Positions 9,470 through 18,596 of a DNA stretch of 64,000 nt are shown here, piece after piece. The translations under genes and the position numbers were made by a program. Positions within the stretch are counted from its first letter, which is position 1. Every line of letters starts with the position of its first letter. Source of the stretch: Ostreococcus lucimarinus (Eukaryota); assembly GCA_000092065.1 (NCBI GenBank), contig CP000589.1, one strand, 5' to 3'. Under the pieces are notes generated by a model. That model saw only the letters and a list, made by a program, of their open reading frames with translations, ran no database searches and was not told the DNA's origin.

Positions 9470-9681
9470 CGCGCGCGTCTCGCGCGCGCGCGCGCGCCGA
9501 CGCGCCGAAGCGCGACGGTCGAGGACGCGCGCGCGCGCGTGGTCGCCGTCGCGCCCGCGCGCGCGCGTCGCGTTCGCGTCCGCGCGACGCCGCGCGCGTG
9601 AGTGCGGTCGTCGCCTCACACATCGCGACTCGCCGCGCGCGCCGCGCCGCGCCGCGCCGCGCGACGCGCGCGAGCGACGAC

Positions 9682-11283
9682 ATGACCGTCGCGCGCGACG
9701 CCGACGCGCGCCCGCGCGCGCGCGCGGCGACGGAGAGCCTGAAGCGGGCGCAAGAGGCGATTTGGGAAATCTTAGCCTCGGCCGATTCGAGCGACGACGA
9801 CGACGCGTCGAGCGACGCGCCGGACGAATCGATCGCGCGCGAGCGGTCGACGTTCGATATCGCGTCGCCCGCGGGAGCGGCGCGGGAAGGCGCGCGCGAG
9901 GCGGGGACGGGGACGCCGGTGGGCGCGCGACTGGACGCCGCGGCGCTGGCGCTGGAGCGGCGGCGCGCGGAGGCGCTGGACGCGGCGGCGAGCGATGAAC
10001 GCGCGGCGGCGATGGAACTGAGAGAGGCGCGAGAGGCGTTGGAGCGCGCGCAGACGACGGGGCGAGGGCTGGAGGCGCTGGAACGCGCGGTGGCGGAGAG
10101 GGATTTGGAGATATTTAAGCGGGACGACGAGTTGCGAGCGCTCAGAGAGGAAGTCGGGCGGTTGCGGACGCGCGAGGACGACGCGGGAGAGACGATGATG
10201 GTGAGCGCGTCGATAGCGGATGCGAATACGCGCGCGGCGAACGCGGAGGAGGGCGCGAGGGCGATGCGTGAGGCGCTGAAGGACGCGGAGACGAAGAACG
10301 CGCGCGAACGCGCGGCGCTCATGGATGAGCTTCGCGAGTCGCGCGCGCTGGCGGCCAAACACGCGAGAGAGGCGCACGCGCGCGAGGAGGCGAACGCGTC
10401 GAGCAGTGGACGCATCGATGAGGTGGTTTTCATGAGGAAAGAGCTGGACGCGATGGCGAAGAAGGTATCCATCGCCGAAGCCGTTGCCGAGAAGCTCGAA
10501 AGAATCGTCGCCCAAAAATCAGAAGAGGTGTTCAACGCAACGCAAGAGCGAGACGCGCTGCGAAAGAAGCTGAAGACGACGAGCGAGACGATAGATTCGC
10601 TGGAGCGCGAGTGGCTTGAGTTCAATCGCCAAGGTCTGAGCGCGCAAAAAGCGCTGAGCGCCGAAAACGAAGAGCTACACAAGATTGTCGACGACTTGAA
10701 ATCCGCCGAAAAAGATGGCTTCGCCGAAGCCGCGGGCGAAATAGAAGAGTTGAAGGCGCGATTGCGGACGTTTGAGAGCGAATCTGGCGTATCCAACAGA
10801 AGTGTCGATAGAAATCTCGCGCGCGAGTCCATCACATCCTTGAGATCCAAGGTGCGCGAGCTCAAGGGCGACATCGAAGCCAAGGACGCCCAAATCGAAG
10901 ACTTGCGAAACGCGCTGTCGCAAAAGTCCATCATCGAAGCCGTGAACGCGGAGAAGGATGCCGTCATCACCGCGCTGCAAGCACAAATCAACGCGAGTAA
11001 CTCTGCCGCACCTCGATCGGATTCTGAATTCGCCGTGTCCACGCAGAACGACGGCGATATCGACGTCTTGGATGAGTTACAAACCGTCGCGAAGACGCTT
11101 CGTCGAGAAAACGCGGGGCTGCGGCGAGAACTCGAAGACGTCGACCCGGACGTTCTAGAAGAGTGCATCGCGCTGAGTCGACGCGTGACGGCTCAAAACT
11201 CTCTACTCGCGAGCTACGAGGAGCGCTTGGTGCGCTACACCGACCAACTAGGGATTCCGTTCACGCCCGAGGCGCGCCCGTAG
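9682..11283 (+). CDS. long coiled-coil protein (533 aa), function unknown
   Basis: Track ORF 9598 starts at GTG; first ATG 9682. Heptad-rich Glu/Lys/Ala/Leu sequence throughout (LERAQTTGRGLEALERAVAERDLEIFKRDDELRALREEVGRLR...). The antisense ORF 9339..11168 is a Ser-rich artefact. Confidence 0.4.
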   Translation: MTVARDADARPRARAATESLKRAQEAIWEILASADSSDDDDASSDAPDESIARERSTFDIASPAGAAREGAREAGTGTPVGARLDAAALALERRRAEALDAAASDERAAAMELREAREALERAQTTGRGLEALERAVAERDLEIFKRDDELRALREEVGRLRTREDDAGETMMVSASIADANTRAANAEEGARAMREALKDAETKNARERAALMDELRESRALAAKHAREAHAREEANASSSGRIDEVVFMRKELDAMAKKVSIAEAVAEKLERIVAQKSEEVFNATQERDALRKKLKTTSETIDSLEREWLEFNRQGLSAQKALSAENEELHKIVDDLKSAEKDGFAEAAGEIEELKARLRTFESESGVSNRSVDRNLARESITSLRSKVRELKGDIEAKDAQIEDLRNALSQKSIIEAVNAEKDAVITALQAQINASNSAAPRSDSEFAVSTQNDGDIDVLDELQTVAKTLRRENAGLRRELEDVDPDVLEECIALSRRVTAQNSLLASYEERLVRYTDQLGIPFTPEARP

Positions 11284-11348
11284 CTTTCGTCGGCGTCGGC
11301 GTAGCCGTGTTGTAACCGCCCTCCATCGCGCGGCGCACCTCGCGCGCC

Positions 11349-12623
11349 ATGGCGAACAACCGAAACGCATCGCCGACTCGAGTCGAAGGAACAATCGCGC
11401 GCGACCGCGGCGACGTGTCGTCGCGCGCGACCGCGACCTCGAGCGCGTCCGCGCGCGACGCGAAGGTCGCCGCCGCCGGCGCTCGAATGCGCGACGTCGC
11501 CGAGGCCGACGACGCGCCGCCGAGGCCGTGGCGACCGGACGACGACGGCGCGGGCGGTGATGACGCGCGCGCGGACGTCGACGACCCGGACGAGTGGTTG
11601 CGCGGACAACTCGCGGGCATGCCCATCGAGAAGGATTACCCAGAGCTCGTCGACGCCGCCGTGCGGTGCATGGGCGAGTGGAAGAAGCGCATGCCGAAGA
11701 GCGTGTGGTTGCGCGTGACGAAATCGGGAAGGTTAGCGAAGGAACTGAACGAGTCCGCGCCGGTGCTGGCGAAAACGATGGAGTACGTGCGGGATATAGA
11801 TGTGCGGACGCCGAGCGAACGCGTCGTCGTCGTGGACTTGTGCTCGGGATTCGGATACCTGGCGATGTTTCTTTCTGAGATTTTGCCAAAGGAGAAAGTG
11901 GCGGAGATCGTGCTGGTTGATAAGATGTGGAGCATGATGAACCGGACACCTAAGCCGCATCACATCTCGTGGAGTCACATTTACGGTGAAGGCGATTGGA
12001 AGTACGATTGGCCAATTGAACTGTCGACGCGAAAAGTTGATTTAAAGGATTACGCCCAGGTGAATCAGATGAGCGTGCACTTGTTCTCACGTTGGAACGG
12101 ACCGTTCATCGTGCTTGGAATCCATCTGTGCGGTACGCTTTCCATCAAAGCGGTGGAAATGTTCAACAAAAACTCCAACGTGAAGCACTTGATTTTGAAG
12201 CCCTGTTGTCTTCCCGATTGGTCGTGGACGTACCGCGCCGAAAGCGGATACTTCCCGCCCGTGGGCGCGCATAAACACTTGATCCCGACGAAGGCGGTGT
12301 GTAGCAAAGGGAAATGGAAGAAAAACAAATGGATTGGCCCACCGCGATCGCATTTGAAGATAAAGTTTGAGTCCTGGAACGATCACTTGTGTCGATCGAT
12401 CAACGACGAAGACGGCAATATTTCGACAAGCTTGCAGGAAATTCAGGTGCAAGCGAGCCACTTTCAAAACCTCTTCATATTCGGCGATCGCCAGCGTATC
12501 CGAAAGTGCCACGTCCGCGAGGCAACGGGCGTCGAATTTCCGACGCCAAGCGGCGTCGACGCCAAACGCTGGTCTCCGACGGGAACCGGCTACGGCACGC
12601 ACACACGAACGCTAGCGAACTAG
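11349..12623 (+). CDS. class I SAM-dependent methyltransferase, Methyltransf_32 (METTL25/RRNAD1-like) family
   Basis: Motif I VVVVDLCSGFGYLAMFLS and the family-typical GIHLCGTLS motif. ATG at 11349. The exact start is uncertain because the upstream gene ends only 66 bp away. Confidence 0.55.
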   Translation: MANNRNASPTRVEGTIARDRGDVSSRATATSSASARDAKVAAAGARMRDVAEADDAPPRPWRPDDDGAGGDDARADVDDPDEWLRGQLAGMPIEKDYPELVDAAVRCMGEWKKRMPKSVWLRVTKSGRLAKELNESAPVLAKTMEYVRDIDVRTPSERVVVVDLCSGFGYLAMFLSEILPKEKVAEIVLVDKMWSMMNRTPKPHHISWSHIYGEGDWKYDWPIELSTRKVDLKDYAQVNQMSVHLFSRWNGPFIVLGIHLCGTLSIKAVEMFNKNSNVKHLILKPCCLPDWSWTYRAESGYFPPVGAHKHLIPTKAVCSKGKWKKNKWIGPPRSHLKIKFESWNDHLCRSINDEDGNISTSLQEIQVQASHFQNLFIFGDRQRIRKCHVREATGVEFPTPSGVDAKRWSPTGTGYGTHTRTLAN

Positions 12624-12670
12624 AATGTGAAACGAACAAAACATTAGCTGAAATCGACAACGCTACTCCG

Positions 12671-13333
12671 CTACGACTGAAAAATCTCGGGCTTTAAAAT
12701 CCCAACGAACGGCAACTCGCGGTACTTCCCTCGATAATCCAACCCGTACCCCACGACGAATTCGTCCGGACACATGAACGCCGCCGCGATTTTCATATCC
12801 TTTTCCCGCATCCACTTCGCGCACGCCTCGTCCCGTCTCGCCTGTTTATCCATCAACGCGATGACCGCCACCTCCTCCGCCCCTCTCGCGTACAATTCCT
12901 TCGCCAACGCCACCACCGTCTTCCCCGTATCGATTATATCCTCGATTATCACGCACCGTTTCCCTCGCACCGTCGCCTCGCTCGGCGCGTGCGCCGTCTT
13001 CGCCTCGCCGCTCACCGTTCCGTCCCCGTACGACGCGCACGTCGCGCACGCGATCACCGGTCGATCGTACGGTCGATCGAGCTCCGCGCGCAGCGTCCGC
13101 TGCGTGACGTACGTCTGTCGCAGCAAATCGCTCGCGAACATCATCGCGCCCGTCGTCACCGGGACGAAGACTGAAAACTCATTCATTCGCATCACGACGA
13201 GCGCCGCGAGCGTCTCGAGCGCGCCCTCGATGGCGGTCGCGTCGAAGAGCACGGACGCGACGTCCGGGTCGTCCACGGGGAGCCCCGCGACGCGCGGGAC
13301 GCGATCGGCGGCGTCCGGGATGCGATCGGACAT
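12671..13333 (-). CDS. hypoxanthine-guanine phosphoribosyltransferase (PRT type I)
   Basis: PRPP-binding motif VIIEDIIDTGKTV and C-terminal DEFVVGYGLDYRGKYRELPFVGILKPE. First ATG at 13333. The rest of track ORF 12671..13798 is antisense to the next gene. Confidence 0.75.
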   Translation of the reverse strand: MSDRIPDAADRVPRVAGLPVDDPDVASVLFDATAIEGALETLAALVVMRMNEFSVFVPVTTGAMMFASDLLRQTYVTQRTLRAELDRPYDRPVIACATCASYGDGTVSGEAKTAHAPSEATVRGKRCVIIEDIIDTGKTVVALAKELYARGAEEVAVIALMDKQARRDEACAKWMREKDMKIAAAFMCPDEFVVGYGLDYRGKYRELPFVGILKPEIFQS

Positions 13334-13370
13334 CGGCAGTGAGTGACGCGCCGACGGCCGCGCGAGCGCG

Positions 13371-14369
13371 ATGGCGACCGAGCTCGCGAGCGCCGAGGCG
13401 TACGACGCGTGGATCGCGGCGAACGCGCGCGGGATCGTGCACTTCTGGGCGCCGTGGTGCGAGCCGTGCGCGGCGATGGACGTGCTGCTGGAGACGCTCG
13501 CGAAAAGGCACCCGGACGTGGCGATCGCGAGGTGCGACGCGGAGGCGGTGGAGGCGGTCGCGGCGCGCGAAAACGTGAGCGCGGTGCCGTTCTTCGTGTT
13601 CGCGCGCGATGGAAGACGCGTGGACGCGGTGGAGGGAGCGGACGCGGCGACGGTGACGAATAAGACGCGACAGTACTTTCCGGCGAACGCGAACGCGACG
13701 ACGACGACGAACGCGGCGATGGCGAAGGCGAGCGGGACGACGGATTTAAAGACGCGATTGAAGAGCCTGATCGAATCGCAGCCCGTGGTGTTGTTCATGA
13801 AGGGTCACCCCGAAGAGCCGAAGTGTGGGTTCAGTCGTAAAGTCGTCGACGCGTTGGCGGCTGCGAATGTGAAATTCGGTTCGTTCAACATCTTAGCCGA
13901 CGAGGAGGTGCGGCAAGGGCTGAAAGAACACGCCGATTGGCCGACGTATCCGATGTTGTTCGTCGACGGTGAGTTTGTCGGTGGATGCGACATCGTCTTG
14001 GAGATGGCGGAGGCGGGCGAGCTCGCCGAGGCGTGCGCGGCGTCGAACGGCAAAGTGAAGAACGCTCTGGACGAGCGCATCAAGAGCATGCTCGGCGCGC
14101 AAGACGTCATCCTGTTCATGAAGGGATCGCGCGAGGCGCCGCGATGCGGCTTTTCCGCAAAAGTCGTCAGCGCGTTGAACGCGACTGGCGTCGACTACGA
14201 AACGTTTGACATTCTCGGCGACGAACCGATTCGTCAGGGACTCAAGGCGTATTCCAATTGGCCCACGTACCCGCAACTGTACTACAAATCCGAACTCATC
14301 GGCGGATGCGACATCATTCTCGAGCTCGCCGAATCCGGCGAACTCGCGAGCGAGCTCGGCGTTAAATAG
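13371..14369 (+). CDS. GRX3: Grx3/PICOT-type multidomain monothiol glutaredoxin: thioredoxin domain plus two CGFS glutaredoxin domains
   Basis: Trx motif WAPWCEPC. Two Grx modules with CGFS active sites (KGHPEEPKCGFSRKVV; KGSREAPRCGFSAKVV) and WPTYPQLY motifs. ATG at 13371. Confidence 0.85.
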   Translation: MATELASAEAYDAWIAANARGIVHFWAPWCEPCAAMDVLLETLAKRHPDVAIARCDAEAVEAVAARENVSAVPFFVFARDGRRVDAVEGADAATVTNKTRQYFPANANATTTTNAAMAKASGTTDLKTRLKSLIESQPVVLFMKGHPEEPKCGFSRKVVDALAAANVKFGSFNILADEEVRQGLKEHADWPTYPMLFVDGEFVGGCDIVLEMAEAGELAEACAASNGKVKNALDERIKSMLGAQDVILFMKGSREAPRCGFSAKVVSALNATGVDYETFDILGDEPIRQGLKAYSNWPTYPQLYYKSELIGGCDIILELAESGELASELGVK

Positions 14370-14447
14370 CAGGCGTCGTCGCGACGATGCGTATTATATC
14401 TCTCTCTCCACACTAAAACTCCCTACGTCGCGCTACGTCGCGTCCGC

Positions 14448-15047
14448 CTAAACTACTCCCTCCTCGCTCTCGCGCGCGAAAATCATGTGCGTGCTCTCGT
14501 CCTCATCGTAATTCAAAGCTTCAAAGAATCCGACCAACCGTCTCGGCGCGCGAACGCCGACGTCGTAAATCTCCCGCTCTCTCAACGTCTCACCGAGCGC
14601 GCGCACGATCGCGCCGCCCACTCCCCTCCCTCGCCACTCCTCTCGCACGCACACGCGCTCCACCGTCGCGACGAACGCCCCGTCGGACGCGCACGCCGCG
14701 TATCCGACCAACGCGCCGCTCTCCCTCGCGAACGCCCCCGCGAACGTTCGCTGCGCCTCGGGCGCCGCGATCGCCCGCTCGATCGCGCGCGCGTCCCACG
14801 TCGACGCGCGCGCGTCCTCGCACGCCGCCATCGCGTCCACGACCGCGCGCGCGCGCAGCTCCGCCTCCGTCAGCGCGCGACACTCGACGAGCGCGAGCGC
14901 CTCGCGGTGTCGTCTTCGCGCGCGCGCCGCGCCGTCGTCGCGCGCGAGACCGAGCCAGCGCGCGAGCGACGCGCGCGGCGGCGTCCTCGCGCGCGCGCGC
15001 CGCGCGCGCGCTGCGCCGCGCGCGTCGAGCGCGCGCGCCGCGCGCAT
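14448..15047 (-). CDS. GNAT-family N-acetyltransferase
   Basis: Acetyl-CoA motif A VREEWRGRGVGGAIVRAL. 199 aa from the first ATG (15047). The remainder of track ORF 14448..15746 is artefact. Confidence 0.6.
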   Translation of the reverse strand: MRAARALDARGAARARRARARTPPRASLARWLGLARDDGAARARRRHREALALVECRALTEAELRARAVVDAMAACEDARASTWDARAIERAIAAPEAQRTFAGAFARESGALVGYAACASDGAFVATVERVCVREEWRGRGVGGAIVRALGETLREREIYDVGVRAPRRLVGFFEALNYDEDESTHMIFARESEEGVV

Positions 15048-15221
15048 GTCTGCCGAGCCCCCCTCGACGAATCTCGACGAATCGGCGACGCGCGGCGCCG
15101 CACAGCGCGACGCCGTCCATCCCTCGCGGTCACCCGCGGTCGCGCGCGCGTCGCGCGTCGCGCGGCGAACGGCGAACGGCGCCGCGGCGACGAGACGCGG
15201 CGGCGCGGGACGAATCTTCGC

Positions 15222-15262
15222 GCGAAACGAAACGAATCGAATCGAATCGATCGCGAACGATC
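15222..15262. repeat. (CGAAA/CGAAT)n pentanucleotide microsatellite in the GNAT / Ca-ATPase divergent promoter
   Basis: cgaaacgaaacgaatcgaatcgaatcgatcgcgaacgatcg about 40 bp upstream of the Ca-ATPase ATG. Confidence 0.7.
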
Positions 15263-15293
15263 GACGACGCGCGCCGACGCGGAGTCGCGCGCG

Positions 15294-18200
15294 ATGACGG
15301 GCGTGAACGCGGCGACGTTCGAGGCGTGGGTGACGGATCGAGACGGGAAGGCGCTCGCGAGCGCGGGCGGCGTCGACGCGATCGCGGCGGCGCTCGGATG
15401 CGATCTGAAGCGCGGTCTGTGCGATCGCGCGTGGGCGTCGGAGGAGCGAAAGGAGAGCTACGGGGTGAATGAGTTCGAATATCCGCCGCCGAAGTCGTTC
15501 TGGGAGCTGTGTAAGGACGCGCTCGGGGACCTGACGGTGCGGATCCTGATCGCGGCGAGCGTGGTGTCGCTCGCGGTGGGCGCGGGGATGAAGAGTCATC
15601 GCGAGGAGTACGGGTACTTGGAGGGGATCGCGATCGTACTCGTCGTTTTCGTCGTCGTGTTCTTGCAAGCGTTCATCGATTACGCCAAGGAGATGAAGTT
15701 TCGACAGTTGAACTCGGTCAAGGATAATTATCAAGTCAAAGTGCATCGCGACGGGAAGAGCGTGGCGGTGCCGGCGGGTGAAATCATGGTCGGTGATTTG
15801 GTGGAGCTCGCGGCGGGGGATAAAGTTCCGGCCGACGCTCTGTTCGTCGAGGGCTCTAAATTTAAGGCGAACGAGGCGGCGATGACGGGCGAACCCATCG
15901 ACATTTCCAAGTCGCGCGAAAAAGACCCTTGGGTGCTTTCGGGGACGTCCATCTCCGAGGGATCGGGTAAGGCGTTGATCATTGCCGTCGGCTCAAGATC
16001 GCAATGGGGCGTCATCCTGAAGACGTTGATCGTCGAACCGAGCGATACGCCGCTTCAGGAGCGGCTCGAGCGACTCGTCCTCCTCATCGGTAACTTCGGC
16101 ATCGGCGCCGCTGTGCTGACTTTCCTCGCGAGCATGATTCGCTGGATCGCCGACAGCGCCAAGAGTGGAAAATGGGACGGTACGCTCGTCCTCGAGTTTC
16201 TCATCAACGCCGTGACGATCGTCGTGGTCGCGATTCCGGAGGGTTTGCCTCTTGCAATTACTCTCGGCTTGGCGTTCGCCATGCGAAAAATGATGGCGGA
16301 CCAGAATCTCGTGCGTCGCTTGGAGGCGTGTGAAACCATGGGAAGCGCCACGCAGCTCAACGCAGACAAAACCGGTACGTTGACACAGAACAGGATGACG
16401 GTCACCGCGTGCTGGCTCGGCGGCAAAGTTTGCGAGCAAGTTCCGCCACCGAGCGTGAGCGAAACCTTCTCGGACACGCTCTGCCAATCCATGGCGGTTA
16501 ACTCTGACGCCAACTTGAGCTACAAAGATAACGGCACGGTGGAACACCTCGGCAGTAAAACTGAGTGTGCCTTGCTTCAGCTCGTCGAGCAGATGCAGCC
16601 GCCTACCGACGACACGCAGACGTACATTAAGCTTCGCGAAAAGTTTCCCGTTGCGCAACTGTACCATTTTACTTCGGCGCGTAAGCGTATGTCCACCGCC
16701 ATTTCGAATGGCTCGGGCACGCGTTTGCACGTCAAGGGTGCGTCTGAGATTGTCGTCAAGCTGTGTACGAAGATGATGGGCGCGGATGGCAAGGTTTCGT
16801 CTCTCACAACGCCCATGCTCAAGGAGGCAGAGGCGGCGATTGAAGCCTTTGCGCGTCAAGGTTTGCGCACGCTGTGCATCGCGTACACCGATCTCGGGAA
16901 GTCACCGAGTAGTCTCGGTGAAACGCCGCCGGAGAGCGATCTCACGTTGCTCGGAATCATGGGCATCAAGGATCCGATTCGCCCCGAAACTGCCGAAGCG
17001 GTGCGCTTGCTACGCGGCGCGGGCGTGACGGTCCGTATGGTCACCGGCGATAACGCCATCACCGCCGAAGCTATCGCGCGAGAGGCAGGTATTCTCGAAG
17101 ATGGCGATGATGGTCTCGTGCTTGAGGGTCCAGATTTCCGTAAGATGTCTGATGCGGAGAAGGAAGCCATCGCCATGCGCATTCGCGTCCTCGCGCGTTC
17201 CTCGCCGTCTGACAAGTTGGTTCTGTGCAACTTGCAAAGAAAACTCGGTGAGGTGGTCGCCGTGACGGGGGACGGTACCAACGACGCTCCGGCACTCAAA
17301 GATGCGGACGTCGGGTTCGCCCTCGGCATCGCTGGCACCGAAATTGCGAAGGAGGCGTGCGACATTGTCATTCTCGATGACAACATCAAGTCCATGGCCA
17401 AGGCCGTGCTTTGGGGTCGTAACGTCTACCAATCGATTCGCAAATTTTTGCAGTTTCAACTCGTCGTCAACGTCGTGGCGGTCAGCTTGAACTTGATCGC
17501 CGCCATCGCGGGCATCAAAGAGCTGCCGCTCGCTGCGGTTCCATTGCTATGGGTGAACATGATCATGGACTCGATGGGCGCCCTCGCGCTCGCCACGGAG
17601 CCTCCGTCACCGGAGCTCATGAAGCGTAAGCCTTTCGGGCGCACGGCGCCTCTCATCAATAAACACATGTGGCGCAACATCATCGGCGTGTCCGTGTATC
17701 AATTGACCGTGTGCATGGTTTTCATGTTCGACGGGAAGAGGCTCCTCGACATTCCGTGCAAGTACGTCGCGGCGTCGGGATCAGTGGCGGCGCACTACGA
17801 TTGCCATCATCAAACGTTGGAGCTGAATGGTTTCATATTCAACGCATTTGTCTTCATGCAAGTGTTTTCTGAAATCAATTCTCGACGCATCGCCGATGTG
17901 AATGTCTTCGCGAACATTCACAACTCGCCCATTTTCTGCGGCATCATCGCGCTCACCGTCGGTGTGCAAGTGCTCTTCATTCAAGCCGTCGGCGGCACCG
18001 TAGTTGGTCCGGCGATCGGATTTGTTGAGCAAAACACAAAGGAGTGGATCACCGCGATCATTCTCGGTGTCATCATCCTCCCCGTGGGCGTAGTCACGAG
18101 ACTGTTACCCTTGAAATGGTTCCCCGGGATCACGGATGAAGAGAGCAACGCGCGCGCCATGGCGGAAGGCCACGCTCGTGTGGCTGCGGCGCAAGCCAGA

Positions 18201-18449
18201 GTGACGAGCGAAGCCAAGGACGTCGCCATCAGCATGCCATCCATGGACCGCCGTGCGTCCATGGAGCGACGTGGTTTGGCCGGTATCACCGAAAAAGTCG
18301 TCGGCTCGCGTTTGAGCTCTCGTCAAAGTCGTCTCTCCGACGTCTCGGATTCGAGCGCGCCCATTCGACGAGAAAAGTCATTTAAAGTCTTCGCGCACGC
18401 CGTCATCGCGGCGAACAGGCTTCAGCAAAAGCCCGGCGCCAGCAAGTAA
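15294..18449 (+). CDS. P-type IIB plasma-membrane-type Ca2+-ATPase (PMCA/ACA) with a 120-aa C-terminal tail
   Basis: DKTGTLT phosphorylation site. KDPIRPETAEAVRLLRGAGVTVRMVTGDN. VTGDGTNDAPALKDADVGFALGIAGTEIAKEACDIVILDDN. 10 TM helices. N-terminal GGVDAIAAALGCDLKRGL motif typical of type IIB pumps. First ATG 15294; track start 14487 lies in an artefactual extension. Confidence 0.9.
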   Translation: MTGVNAATFEAWVTDRDGKALASAGGVDAIAAALGCDLKRGLCDRAWASEERKESYGVNEFEYPPPKSFWELCKDALGDLTVRILIAASVVSLAVGAGMKSHREEYGYLEGIAIVLVVFVVVFLQAFIDYAKEMKFRQLNSVKDNYQVKVHRDGKSVAVPAGEIMVGDLVELAAGDKVPADALFVEGSKFKANEAAMTGEPIDISKSREKDPWVLSGTSISEGSGKALIIAVGSRSQWGVILKTLIVEPSDTPLQERLERLVLLIGNFGIGAAVLTFLASMIRWIADSAKSGKWDGTLVLEFLINAVTIVVVAIPEGLPLAITLGLAFAMRKMMADQNLVRRLEACETMGSATQLNADKTGTLTQNRMTVTACWLGGKVCEQVPPPSVSETFSDTLCQSMAVNSDANLSYKDNGTVEHLGSKTECALLQLVEQMQPPTDDTQTYIKLREKFPVAQLYHFTSARKRMSTAISNGSGTRLHVKGASEIVVKLCTKMMGADGKVSSLTTPMLKEAEAAIEAFARQGLRTLCIAYTDLGKSPSSLGETPPESDLTLLGIMGIKDPIRPETAEAVRLLRGAGVTVRMVTGDNAITAEAIAREAGILEDGDDGLVLEGPDFRKMSDAEKEAIAMRIRVLARSSPSDKLVLCNLQRKLGEVVAVTGDGTNDAPALKDADVGFALGIAGTEIAKEACDIVILDDNIKSMAKAVLWGRNVYQSIRKFLQFQLVVNVVAVSLNLIAAIAGIKELPLAAVPLLWVNMIMDSMGALALATEPPSPELMKRKPFGRTAPLINKHMWRNIIGVSVYQLTVCMVFMFDGKRLLDIPCKYVAASGSVAAHYDCHHQTLELNGFIFNAFVFMQVFSEINSRRIADVNVFANIHNSPIFCGIIALTVGVQVLFIQAVGGTVVGPAIGFVEQNTKEWITAIILGVIILPVGVVTRLLPLKWFPGITDEESNARAMAEGHARVAAAQARVTSEAKDVAISMPSMDRRASMERRGLAGITEKVVGSRLSSRQSRLSDVSDSSAPIRREKSFKVFAHAVIAANRLQQKPGASK

Positions 18450-18596
18450 TCACTCCTTCTTGAGTTTCGTGTTCTAGTACATCAGTCAATTTTTATACCA
18501 CGCAATTTCCAGTCCGAGCTCTCGCGTCTCTGACGACAACTGTTTCCGCCCAACCGTCTGTTTCTGATTCCCGCATTCCGAGGCGGGCGACGCGGC

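Noticed and set aside
9339-11168. 609-aa Ser-rich ORF on the minus strand
   Set aside because: Exact antisense of the well-formed coiled-coil gene 9682..11283. Ser-rich from reading GAG/GCG/GAC codons backwards.
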